Shown here piece after piece: positions 1-7,921 of a stretch of DNA of 64,000 bases. The position numbers were made by a program, and so were the translations under genes. The stretch's first letter is position 1; every line of letters begins with the position of its first letter. The stretch spans positions 1-64,000 of the IMG/VR virus record IMGVR_UViG_2871871566_000003. One strand, 5' to 3'. This DNA comes from a virus. Taxonomy: Duplodnaviria; Caudoviricetes. The notes under the pieces were generated by a model. The model made no database searches and was not told the DNA's origin. It saw only the letters and a program-made list of their open reading frames with translations.

Positions 1-6
1 AACAAT

Positions 7-37
7 AAGGGGAGCCTTCGCAAAGAAGGCTCCCCTT
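7..37. terminator. Intrinsic terminator hairpin downstream of the repressor gene (possibly bidirectional)
   Basis: Perfect 13-bp stem AAGGGGAGCCTTC / GAAGGCTCCCCTT with GCAAA loop, 7 nt beyond the stop of ORF 45-407. Confidence 0.8.
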
Positions 38-44
38 TATCGTA

Positions 45-407
45 TCAGCCGACAAGGCTTTTGTCTCTTTCAGCAATCTTCTCGCTGATGATTTGCTTTA
101 ACTCCTTAACCACTCCTTCCTGTACTAGCAACTTTACTTTTGTTTCTGCTAGTTCTTTCAGCAGTTTTTCGTCCGTCTGCTTGTCTGCATCGTAAAACAT
201 ACTGCCTCTGCCACAAAGTAGCCAATCTGCTGATATGTCTACGTATGTAGTCAGTATTCTGTCTATAAACTCCATCGAAGGCTCCTTTGTTCCGTTAAGA
301 TAGTTGTTCGTAGCAGCAGGTTTTGCTCCGATAGCGTCAGCAAACCCTCTGTTAGACAGCCTGTAATGGTCTTTTATCTCGTTGATTCTATCTCTTAATC
401 CTTCCAT
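45..407 (-). CDS. CI-like XRE/HTH phage repressor
   Basis: N-terminal HTH (LSNRGFADAIGAKPAATNNYLNGTKEPS ... ISADWLLCGRG), C-terminal coiled coil; divergent from a cro-like ORF. Confidence 0.8.
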   Translation of the reverse strand: MEGLRDRINEIKDHYRLSNRGFADAIGAKPAATNNYLNGTKEPSMEFIDRILTTYVDISADWLLCGRGSMFYDADKQTDEKLLKELAETKVKLLVQEGVVKELKQIISEKIAERDKSLVG

Positions 408-490
408 ACTGATAGTGTTTATAAATGTGTAAATACGTAAATTAACTATAAATTAATGCATATATCCTTGGATATTTGTCTACAAACATG

Positions 491-498
491 TATCTTTG
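491..498 (+). promoter_or_regulatory. Bacteroidota sigma-70 -7 box (rightward, cro/early promoter)
   Basis: TATCTTTG matches TAnnTTTG, 65 nt upstream of ATG 563; short palindromes TATCC-TT-GGATA (463-474) and TTTGT-CT-ACAAA (475-486) just upstream could be operators. Confidence 0.65.
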
Positions 499-543
499 CA
501 TCCGTAAACGAGATTAAAACTCGTTCTAAACAGATTTATGGTG

Positions 544-551
544 CAAATATA
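544..551 (-). promoter_or_regulatory. Bacteroidota -7 box (leftward, repressor promoter)
   Basis: Reverse complement TATATTTG, facing the repressor ATG at 407. Confidence 0.6.
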
Positions 552-562
552 CAAAAAATAAT

Positions 563-769
563 ATGAATAAAGTCGTAAAAATAGAAAAAATATTGATTGA
601 TAAAGATAAAATTCCTAAAATCATGAAAATTTTTGGTTGTGGCAAGACTACTGTCTACAATGCTCTTGCTTACCGGAGTAATAGCCAACAGGCTCAGGAC
701 ATTCGTTCCTGTGCTCTGAATCGCTACGGAGCAGAGCCTGTTAAGGTGCCACAACTAGTGAGTGTGTAA
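563..769 (+). CDS. Cro-like small HTH protein
   Basis: 68 aa, HTH-like KIMKIFGCGKTTVYNALAYRSNS, divergent from the repressor. Confidence 0.75.
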   Translation: MNKVVKIEKILIDKDKIPKIMKIFGCGKTTVYNALAYRSNSQQAQDIRSCALNRYGAEPVKVPQLVSV

Positions 770-904
770 ATGTGTGAAATATTTGGCTGTTGAACTTTTA
801 GATTAGTTATTAATACAAAATGCGTTTTAAATTGGATATGCGTGAGCATAGAGTTAAACGATTGCTTAAGAAAGGTTCTTTTTCTTATTTGTAAACTATC
901 AATT

Positions 905-930
905 CACTCTTGTGCGTGAGCATAGGAGTG
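905..930 (+). promoter_or_regulatory. GTGA-tetraloop hairpin (shorter copy at 836-849)
   Basis: CACTCTTGTGC-GTGA-GCATAGGAGTG 11-bp stem; the 13-mer TGCGTGAGCATAG occurs at 839-851 and 913-925. Confidence 0.6.
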
Positions 931-936
931 ATACAT

Positions 937-1012
937 GGGAATCGAGCTAGCTCACTCGGAGTGAGCGGGGAAACAACCCGAGCAAAGGCGTTCAACTCAC
1001 CTCGAATCCCCA
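937..1012 (+). ncRNA. tRNA-like cloverleaf, non-canonical
   Basis: Acceptor-like GGGAATCG/CGAATCCC (7 of 8 pairs), 7-bp hairpin GCTCACT-CGG-AGTGAGC, CGGG-GAAACAA-CCCG arm, T-arm-like AGGCG-TTCAACT-CACCT. Confidence 0.4.
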
Positions 1013-1224
1013 AAATAGTTTTGGATATTGTTATTATAATGTTTCTTGAAATCGTTAGGTGTGGAGCGGTATAGACCCAGTGGCAATATAAGTTGTTTGC
1101 GTTGAATTCATGCGCCACGAACCAGAAGGAAATGTTGTGGTCGAGCATTCTACCAGCACCTTTCGTTTTATACCTTATTATATATAGCGATTTCCGGAAC
1201 AATCCCATTGCCCTTTTTGGACAT

Positions 1225-1243
1225 AAGTTCTTTGACATATTGG
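1225..1243 (+). promoter_or_regulatory. boxA-like antitermination motif
   Basis: AAGTTCTTTGACATATTGG resembles rrn boxA (E. coli TGCTCTTTAACA); located downstream of cro, like lambda nutR. Confidence 0.5.
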
Positions 1244-1366
1244 AAAAGTGTAAAGTCGAATAGTGTTAAGTCATTATAAGGGGATCCCCGAGCATCAGTC
1301 TTTACTGACTGATAGCTAAAGCGGTGAGCATGGCTCTTAAATTCATGGTAGCGCATGATGCCGTTA

Positions 1367-1470
1367 TCCACCGATGGTGTAATTGGTTAGCACGCCCGAA
1401 ACTGTTTTGTGTAAATCCTTAATACATTCTTATCAAATCGGGAAGTTGGGTCCGAATCCTACAGGTGGAC
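1367..1470 (+). tRNA. Degenerate tRNA-like element with ~38-nt expanded anticodon loop (pseudo-tRNA)
   Basis: Acceptor TCCACC/GGTGGA, D-arm GTGT-AATTGGTTA-GCAC, anticodon stem CCCGA/TCGGG enclosing 1400-1437, T-loop variant TCCGAAT; no normal 7-nt anticodon loop. Confidence 0.55.
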
Positions 1471-1555
1471 TATTACGTATTTGTTTGTTGTGTATGATTA
1501 TTCGCTGCAGCGGCAGCGACTTCATTGTACAAAGAAAAACTTTTAAATTAAACTT

Positions 1556-1586
1556 CCTGCTCGTCTGTGAGGATAGGCAGGTTTTT
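1556..1586 (+). terminator. Terminator-like GTGA-loop hairpin plus T-run (copy 1)
   Basis: CCTGCTCGTCT-GTGA-GGATAGGCAGG then TTTTT; differs by 1 nt from 3903-3933. Confidence 0.65.
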
Positions 1587-1610
1587 CTTAAACTTCAAAA
1601 TCAATGGCTT

Positions 1611-1889
1611 ATGATAGATTTATCCGAACCTACTCTCCGAAAGTACCGGAGAAAGGTTCTCGAAATATACAGAGAACTCGAAAGAAACCCTTGGGCACCC
1701 CTAGGAATCTTCGAGTCAAAGCTGAGGAAAATAAATATCCTCAACTCTAAAATTAAAAATGTGTCCTCAGACATCGGAAAGCCCGAGGGCGAGTATTCAA
1801 ACTTTACAAATGATAATTACATGCAATATGGGTTTAAAAAGAAAAACTCCTCTCAAGAGGACACCTATAAAGAAGACTCCTTGGGATAA
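1611..1889 (+). CDS. Hypothetical protein (92 aa; true start probably 1611, not 1383)
   Basis: ATG at 1611 follows the structured leader; the upstream extension overlaps the tRNA-like element. Confidence 0.55.
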   Translation: MIDLSEPTLRKYRRKVLEIYRELERNPWAPLGIFESKLRKINILNSKIKNVSSDIGKPEGEYSNFTNDNYMQYGFKKKNSSQEDTYKEDSLG

Positions 1890-2349
1890 AGCCAAGAAGG
1901 AACAGGAAAAGAAGAAGGCGAAAGCCGGACTTAGTAAGCCAGCACTTATTAAGAGGCTCGACAGATGGTTTTCACTCTACATAAGACTTCGTGACGTAAA
2001 CGATGAAGGCGTGTTTCAATGCCCAACTTGTAGGCGTATCTTACCTTTCTCAAAAGGCGACGCAAGCCATTATTGGGGGCGCATTCACATGGCAACGAGA
2101 TTTGATCCGGACAACGTGACTATCGAATGCCAATATGATAACAGATTCAACAGCTCTCATCTGATATACTTGGGCAAGTATCTAGAAAAGAAACTTGGTC
2201 CAAAGAAGATGGAACTGCTAGAATGGAAACATCGCCAAGTCAAGAATTGGTCTCTTTTCGAGCTGCAAGAACTCATCGAGTTCTACAAAAAGGAAGTTGA
2301 ACGGCTAAAAAAGGAGAAGCATTATGACGAATGGTCTAAGAGTATGTAA
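1828..2349 (+). CDS. ninG: NinG/Rap-family recombination endonuclease
   Basis: FSLYIRLRD ... CPTC ... DASHYWGR..MATRFDPDNVTIECQYDNRF pattern; start taken at MGLKRK (1828). Confidence 0.8.
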   Translation: MGLKRKTPLKRTPIKKTPWDKAKKEQEKKKAKAGLSKPALIKRLDRWFSLYIRLRDVNDEGVFQCPTCRRILPFSKGDASHYWGRIHMATRFDPDNVTIECQYDNRFNSSHLIYLGKYLEKKLGPKKMELLEWKHRQVKNWSLFELQELIEFYKKEVERLKKEKHYDEWSKSM

Positions 2350-3346
2350 GGTTTGTGGCAAAGCTAAGCCGATGACAGATTTTTATGGTAAAATACATAC
2401 TTGCAAAAGATGTGTTTGCCGTAGGAACAATCAGAAAGTAGTGAGCCGAAATTTGGAGAGACAACCAGACTTACAAGGTGAGGTTTGGATGGATATTGTT
2501 GGTTTTGAAGGACTATATAAGGTCAGTAATCTTGGGCGTGTTCGTTCTTGCAGAACGGGCATAATTATGATTCCTCAGCCACTTAAAGATGGGTATTTGA
2601 GGATTCGTTTAAGAAAAGATGGAAATGACTTTCCTTTCTTAGTTCATCGTCTTGTTGCCATAGCATTCATTTCGAATCCAAACAACTACGAAACGATAAA
2701 TCACAAAGACTTCAATACTCAGAATAATTGTGTAGAAAATTTGGAGTGGTGTACACAGGAGTACAATAATAAATATAGTCGTGATGCTGGTCATTACCAT
2801 TATTCCGAAAAGGCTAGAGCCGCTGCAAAGCGAAACAGAAAAATCTCTGATGATTTAGCTGTAAAAATCTTCGAGGACTACAAGAAAGGGATAAAACAAG
2901 CTAATTTAGCATCAAAGTATGGCGTAACAAGTGCCTTTGTTTGTAGGTTAGTACATGGTAGATGCAGAACCGAGTACACTAATCAATCTTTAGAGAAAGA
3001 CTTAAAGATGAAGTTTTCTGATGATGAGATAATATCCATGAATGAATCCTTCAAAAATGGCATATCTTTAAAGAGTATTGCAGAAAGGTTTGGTACTTCA
3101 AGAACTTATGTCAGTTCTCTTGTGTTCGGAAGATCCGAACGCTCTAGGAGACTTATTGAAAAGGGTTTAATGACAATACCTAAAGTAGAAAAGTCAATCC
3201 CGCAGAAAGTACTTTATAAGGATGAAATACTAAAATTGCATTCAGAAGGTATGAGCCTTCGAAAAATCAGATTAGTCTTAGGAATTAAAGGACACAGTAT
3301 TGTAGCAGAAGTAATAAAAGAATTTAAAGATAAAAATAATGAGTAA
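2324..3346 (+). CDS. NUMOD4-HNH homing endonuclease with N-terminal Zn finger and C-terminal HTH repeats
   Basis: EVWMDIVGFEGLYKVSNLGRVRS (NUMOD4), VHRLVAIAF..INHKDFNTQNNCVENLEW (HNH), CxxC..CxxC N-terminus. Confidence 0.85.
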   Translation: MTNGLRVCKVCGKAKPMTDFYGKIHTCKRCVCRRNNQKVVSRNLERQPDLQGEVWMDIVGFEGLYKVSNLGRVRSCRTGIIMIPQPLKDGYLRIRLRKDGNDFPFLVHRLVAIAFISNPNNYETINHKDFNTQNNCVENLEWCTQEYNNKYSRDAGHYHYSEKARAAAKRNRKISDDLAVKIFEDYKKGIKQANLASKYGVTSAFVCRLVHGRCRTEYTNQSLEKDLKMKFSDDEIISMNESFKNGISLKSIAERFGTSRTYVSSLVFGRSERSRRLIEKGLMTIPKVEKSIPQKVLYKDEILKLHSEGMSLRKIRLVLGIKGHSIVAEVIKEFKDKNNE

Positions 3347-3863
3347 ATCAGGTACAAAAATCAATGTAGAATTGGTAACACATGGGTGTTTCCCTACGAA
3401 GTCGTACGAGACGGATGCCGCTTACGACCTTCATTGCAGCAAGGACACGGAAGTAATTCCAAACAAACGCTTTTACGTTCCGCTCGGGTTCAAGATACAA
3501 CTTCCTTCAAATATGAAGATGCTGATTCAGCCACGTAGTGGTATGTCGGGCAAAGGAATGTTGTTAGATGTTTATTTCCCTTCATGGCTCCTACATGGCT
3601 ACTATCTAGGCAAGGTTAGAGCAAACCTTGATGTGATTCTCGGTTTGATTGATTGCGGCTATGGCGAAGAAGTCCATGCTATCGTCAAGTCGGGCAGATG
3701 GAGGTTAAAGCATCGCATCATGCGTATGCTCGGTTTCAAGTTTATCATCCCTTATTCCCTACGCATCTGCCAAGGCGCCTTCACTTACGTTCCAGATACT
3801 AACTTGGAACTTGGCAAGGTAACCGGCACTCGTAGCGGTTTAGGATCAACAGATAAGAATTAG
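3339..3863 (+). CDS. dut: Trimeric dUTPase with insertions
   Basis: Motifs AAYDL, QPRSG, GLIDCGY, RICQG, RSGLGST in the correct order. Confidence 0.75.
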   Translation: MSKSGTKINVELVTHGCFPTKSYETDAAYDLHCSKDTEVIPNKRFYVPLGFKIQLPSNMKMLIQPRSGMSGKGMLLDVYFPSWLLHGYYLGKVRANLDVILGLIDCGYGEEVHAIVKSGRWRLKHRIMRMLGFKFIIPYSLRICQGAFTYVPDTNLELGKVTGTRSGLGSTDKN

Positions 3864-3902
3864 TTTTTAGCGTTATTTTTCATAAATTTGAATTTATTTT
3901 AT

Positions 3903-3933
3903 CCTGCTCGTCCGTGAGGATAGGCAGGTTTTT
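3903..3933 (+). terminator. Terminator-like GTGA-loop hairpin plus T-run (copy 2)
   Basis: CCTGCTCGTCC-GTGA-GGATAGGCAGG then TTTTT, near-identical to 1556-1586. Confidence 0.65.
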
Positions 3934-3946
3934 AAAAAACGAAATC

Positions 3947-4261
3947 ATGAAAAAGAATATCAGACAGAATTTCTTCAATCATATCAAGAAGGTACTTGAT
4001 ATAGTTGATAAAATGGGGGATGAGGCAAAGCATTTCCGTTGCATCGTCCTCATGGGTGACAGAACCATTCCGAAGGCATACGCATTCATGCACGCATCGC
4101 CCGAAGACCTCAAAAACCTTATCTTGAATGCAATGCGAAATAGCGACCAGTTCACCTACGCTACTGCAAGAGCATTCGAGGAATACGATAAGGAACTGAG
4201 AGAAAAAGAAGAAACTTTAAACAAAGATAAAAATGAAGAAAATCCTATTCAAGACACTTAA
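3947..4261 (+). CDS. Hypothetical protein
   Basis: ATG 3947 with A-rich leader; the GTG start at 3914 lies inside the hairpin. Confidence 0.6.
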   Translation: MKKNIRQNFFNHIKKVLDIVDKMGDEAKHFRCIVLMGDRTIPKAYAFMHASPEDLKNLILNAMRNSDQFTYATARAFEEYDKELREKEETLNKDKNEENPIQDT

Positions 4262-6233
4262 ACTGCACAATTTCTGTGGCATCCGTGCCGGAGTCTTCGA
4301 TTTTGGAGAAGACTTAACCGTTATCTCGGGAGACAACGGAAGAGGAAAGAGCACTATCGGCAACGCCATCATGTACACATTGTTCGGTACTGATACCAAC
4401 GGCATGCAGCTCGACATCAAAACCTTCGATGAGAATCATAATATTATCAAGGAGATAGAGCATTCATCCGAGTTGGTTATGTTGGTAGATGGTGATGAAA
4501 TCTCGTTCAAACGAGTTCTGACCGACAAGTGGAAAGGTGATAAATGCACCAACACCTTCAAGTACTATGTTGATGGAGAATTGACTACCCACGGAGATTT
4601 CAGCAACGTAGTTGACGGAATCTTCCAAGAAGACCCATTTTCGTGGTGCATCTGTCCTAATCTGTTCCTTGGCATGACTTGGCAGAATCAGCGTGCATTC
4701 CTTCAGTCTTTGGCAGGTGATATTTCAGTCGAAGACATCACGAAGGGCGAAGAGAAGTATGATTATCTTGTTGAACTCCTCAAACAGAAAGATATTGATG
4801 CCATCCTTCACCACCTCAAGCACAAGCGTACAGAAGTTCAGAAGGAACTCGATGCGGTTCCTATCAGACTTGCCGAACTCGACAAGACCCTTCCACCAAA
4901 GCAGGATTGGAAGGCCTTGGGTACAGAAGGGGATGAGCTGCAAGAAAAGTTGGCAGAGATAGGCAACAAGATTCAGCAGATTCGCACCGGTGGAGCAGAC
5001 AGGGTTCGACTTGACGGAATCCGTAAGAAAATTGAATTTGCTGAAAAACGCAAACGGATGATGGAGCAGGGCGCATACAAGGAGTCTACCGATAACATGA
5101 CCAAGCACCAAAGCGATATTCTCAACGCCAACGCAGCCTTCAATAAGGCAGAATCTACGATTGATAACCTCAAAGCAGTCATGAGTAGCTATCCTGCCAC
5201 AGAGGTTCAGATAAACGCTCAGATTGAAGATTGTAAGAAAAAGGTTAGCGACTTAAACAAACGTAGCGATGAGATTGCCAAGCGCACTTGGGAATGGGAT
5301 GATAAGGAAGGCTTTTGTCCTCATTGCGGTCAAGCTCTCCCTCTCGGTGAGGTTCAGTTCCTCAAACAGCAATCTCAGAGCCTGTTCAACTCTCGCAAGG
5401 CAGAGGATATGAAGGAACTCAACAATGAGTTTGCCAAACTCCAAAGCGCATACACCGAACTCAACAAAGAGTTGGATAAACTGAATGATGATCGTCAGAC
5501 CACCACAAACCAACTCGTCAAGGCTCATCAGGCGCTCAAAGATGCCGAAAAGCATAAGGCAGAAGTTGATGCTGATGTTCCACGCACATACGAGCAGATA
5601 CTTTCCTCAAAAGAAGAGTATCAGCAGGTTGTGAAAGAGATTGGTGAGTTGCAGGCAGAACTCGACAAACCATCAGATAGCAATGAGGATAACGACAAGT
5701 TACTTCAATCACTCGATGAAGAGCGAAAGCCGCTTTCCGACAGGTATAATGAAGTCCTCGAACTCCTTGCCTCAAAAGCATCTTACGACAACACAATGAC
5801 TCATATCGAAGCAGCACAGAAGGATAAAGCCATCTTCCAGGAGCAGCTTGATGATATTGATGATAAACTCAACATCACCAACGAGTTCTATCAGTTGTCT
5901 TGCAAGGCTCTCGAAGATAAGGTCAATCAGCACTTCCGTTTCGTAAAATGGAGTCTGTTCCTTCCAAAACTCGATGGTGAGAAGAAACCTTATTGCGAAT
6001 GTTATCACAATGGTGTGCCTTACATCCGCCTCAATGGTGCTGCCAAGGTGAATGCCGGAATCGACATCGCGCGCACTATCGGGCAGTTCTATGATGTATC
6101 GGTTCCTGTCGTGCTCGATGAATGCGAAAGTGTTAACCATCCGCTCAGTACAGGCGGTCAGCAAATCCGTCTGGTAGTATCGAAGGATGATAAACTAAAG
6201 GTTGAGTGTTTCGCTCGTGCCACAATGGATTGA
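4233..6233 (+). CDS. SbcC/Rad50-like coiled-coil AAA ATPase
   Basis: Walker A GDNGRGKS, long coiled coil with central CPHCG zinc hook, C-terminal signature-like LNGAAK and Walker B VVLDECE. Confidence 0.85.
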   Translation: MKKILFKTLKLHNFCGIRAGVFDFGEDLTVISGDNGRGKSTIGNAIMYTLFGTDTNGMQLDIKTFDENHNIIKEIEHSSELVMLVDGDEISFKRVLTDKWKGDKCTNTFKYYVDGELTTHGDFSNVVDGIFQEDPFSWCICPNLFLGMTWQNQRAFLQSLAGDISVEDITKGEEKYDYLVELLKQKDIDAILHHLKHKRTEVQKELDAVPIRLAELDKTLPPKQDWKALGTEGDELQEKLAEIGNKIQQIRTGGADRVRLDGIRKKIEFAEKRKRMMEQGAYKESTDNMTKHQSDILNANAAFNKAESTIDNLKAVMSSYPATEVQINAQIEDCKKKVSDLNKRSDEIAKRTWEWDDKEGFCPHCGQALPLGEVQFLKQQSQSLFNSRKAEDMKELNNEFAKLQSAYTELNKELDKLNDDRQTTTNQLVKAHQALKDAEKHKAEVDADVPRTYEQILSSKEEYQQVVKEIGELQAELDKPSDSNEDNDKLLQSLDEERKPLSDRYNEVLELLASKASYDNTMTHIEAAQKDKAIFQEQLDDIDDKLNITNEFYQLSCKALEDKVNQHFRFVKWSLFLPKLDGEKKPYCECYHNGVPYIRLNGAAKVNAGIDIARTIGQFYDVSVPVVLDECESVNHPLSTGGQQIRLVVSKDDKLKVECFARATMD

Positions 6234-6241
6234 AACGCATC

Positions 6242-6451
6242 ATGCAAATCAAGACTAAGTTCGATATAGGTGATGCAGTCTATCTGCTCGATGGGTACAA
6301 AATCCGACATGCAAACATCGTTGGCGTATTCTTTCAGCAGATAGGCGAGGCACCTTGCTCTATTCAGTATAAGTTCGCAGTTTTCCCAACAAGGAAAGAA
6401 AGCGAAGTGTTTAAGACAAAAGAGGAATTAATCAAACATATAAGTAAATAA
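6242..6451 (+). CDS. Hypothetical small beta-rich phage protein
   Basis: MQIKTKFDIGDAVY... start at 6242 between operon genes. Confidence 0.65.
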   Translation: MQIKTKFDIGDAVYLLDGYKIRHANIVGVFFQQIGEAPCSIQYKFAVFPTRKESEVFKTKEELIKHISK

Positions 6452-6456
6452 AAATC

Positions 6457-7362
6457 ATGGCAGAAACAGCAGTAGCAAAGGCACAGCCTTCTCAGAAGGC
6501 AGTAGCAGTTAAGAATTTTCAGGCGGTAATGAATAATAGTTATTACCAAAGCCTGTTGCAGAGTTCACTTAAGGAGAATAAAGGTGCTTTTTGCACCTCA
6601 CTTATGGAAATCTTTTCATCCGATGAAAAGTTGCTCCAGTGCAAACCGAATGACTTGATGGCTGAGGCTCTGAAAGCAGCCTCCCTTCGCTTGCCTCTCA
6701 ATAAGCAGCTGGGACAGGCATATCTCCTTCCGTTCAAGAACAAAGGAGTAATGACTCCTACGCTCGTTATCGGTACGAAGGGTTATCTCCAGTTGGCTAT
6801 GCGCACCGGCAAGTACGAGACAATCAACGCTGATGTAGTATACGAAGGTGAGTTCAACCATTACGACAAGGTTACAGGAAAGCTTGACCTTTCGGGTGCT
6901 CAGATTTCAAATACTCCAATCGGTTACTTCGCCTACTTCAAGAAGAAGGATGGTCTTACCAAACTTCTCTATATGACACTTGATGAGGTATGCCGCTACG
7001 CAAAGCAGTATAGTCCTACCGTTAAGTTCAGCGAAAAGGTTGATGCTGAGAAGCTGAAGGAAATGGCTCTCAAGCAGGCTGCCAACGGAAGTGGCGAAGG
7101 CGTAGGATGGTATTCCAACTTCGAAAGTATGGCCATTAAGACTGTTCTCAGAAGACTCCTGTCGAAGTGGGGAGAACTCTCTATCGAATCAAATGACATC
7201 ACAAACCTTGATGAGGCTCCTTCTGCCATCGTTCAGCGTGATGAGGAGTTCGCCGAGGCAAAGAACGTTATTACGGTCAATGCTGATACAGGCGAAGTAG
7301 TGAATGCCGAAGAAGTACATGATGAGCAGCCACAACAGGCTCAAAAGTTTAGTTTGAGTTAA
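6457..7362 (+). CDS. recT: RecT-family single-strand annealing recombinase
   Basis: LPLNKQLGQAYLLPF, IGTKGYLQLAMRTG, MAIKTVLRRLL motifs; follows SbcC-like ATPase. Confidence 0.9.
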   Translation: MAETAVAKAQPSQKAVAVKNFQAVMNNSYYQSLLQSSLKENKGAFCTSLMEIFSSDEKLLQCKPNDLMAEALKAASLRLPLNKQLGQAYLLPFKNKGVMTPTLVIGTKGYLQLAMRTGKYETINADVVYEGEFNHYDKVTGKLDLSGAQISNTPIGYFAYFKKKDGLTKLLYMTLDEVCRYAKQYSPTVKFSEKVDAEKLKEMALKQAANGSGEGVGWYSNFESMAIKTVLRRLLSKWGELSIESNDITNLDEAPSAIVQRDEEFAEAKNVITVNADTGEVVNAEEVHDEQPQQAQKFSLS

Positions 7363-7381
7363 AATAAAAATAAGTTTTTTT

Positions 7382-7870
7382 ATGAAAAAGTATATTGGAA
7401 CAAAGGTTATTATGGCAGAGCCTATGACTATGACAGAAGCACAGAAAGTGCTTGGTAGAGAACTTACACAATCAGCCATTGAGGAAAATGGCTATTTGGT
7501 AGAGTATGAGAACGGATATAAGTCTTGGTCTCCTAAGAGTGTGTTTGAGAAAGCCTATCGTGAAGTAGGCTCTGTTAACTTCGGTGGTGCTATTGACTTA
7601 TTGAAGGCAGGTCTTGCGGTAAGACGCAAGGGATGGAATGGTAAGGGGTTGTTTATCGTGAAGCAGGTTCCTTCACACATTACAGGTGACATCATTCCTA
7701 AGATGCAGTCATTGCCACAGATTGCTAAGGACATTCTGATGAAGCGTGAGAATCCTAAAATTGACTACACCAATCAGATGCTTATCATCAATCCAGATGG
7801 CAGAGCAGATTCTTGGGTGCCATCGTCTAGTGATGTATTTGCAGACGATTGGGAAGTTGTAAATGAGTAG
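7382..7870 (+). CDS. Two-domain protein: N-terminal KKYIGTK domain fused to DUF2829/Tad2-like domain
   Basis: C-terminal FGGAIDLLKAGLAVRRKGWNGK ... WVPSSSDVFADDW fits the DUF2829 (Tad2-like) consensus. Confidence 0.7.
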   Translation: MKKYIGTKVIMAEPMTMTEAQKVLGRELTQSAIEENGYLVEYENGYKSWSPKSVFEKAYREVGSVNFGGAIDLLKAGLAVRRKGWNGKGLFIVKQVPSHITGDIIPKMQSLPQIAKDILMKRENPKIDYTNQMLIINPDGRADSWVPSSSDVFADDWEVVNE

Positions 7871-7921
7871 TTACTTTCCATCATTGTCATTTGAGAGTCG
7901 TATTGTAGTAGAAAGTTAAGT

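Noticed and set aside
885-1371. Minus-strand ORFs 885-1238 and 1168-1371, and the 1383-1610 extension
   Set aside because: They overlap the structured leader, are antisense to the early transcript or lack a start context, and have no protein-like features
1408-1428. Hidden suppressor anticodon in the expanded tRNA loop explaining the TAA-interrupted genes
   Set aside because: The inner helix is only 4-5 bp and does not present TTA in a canonical 7-nt loop
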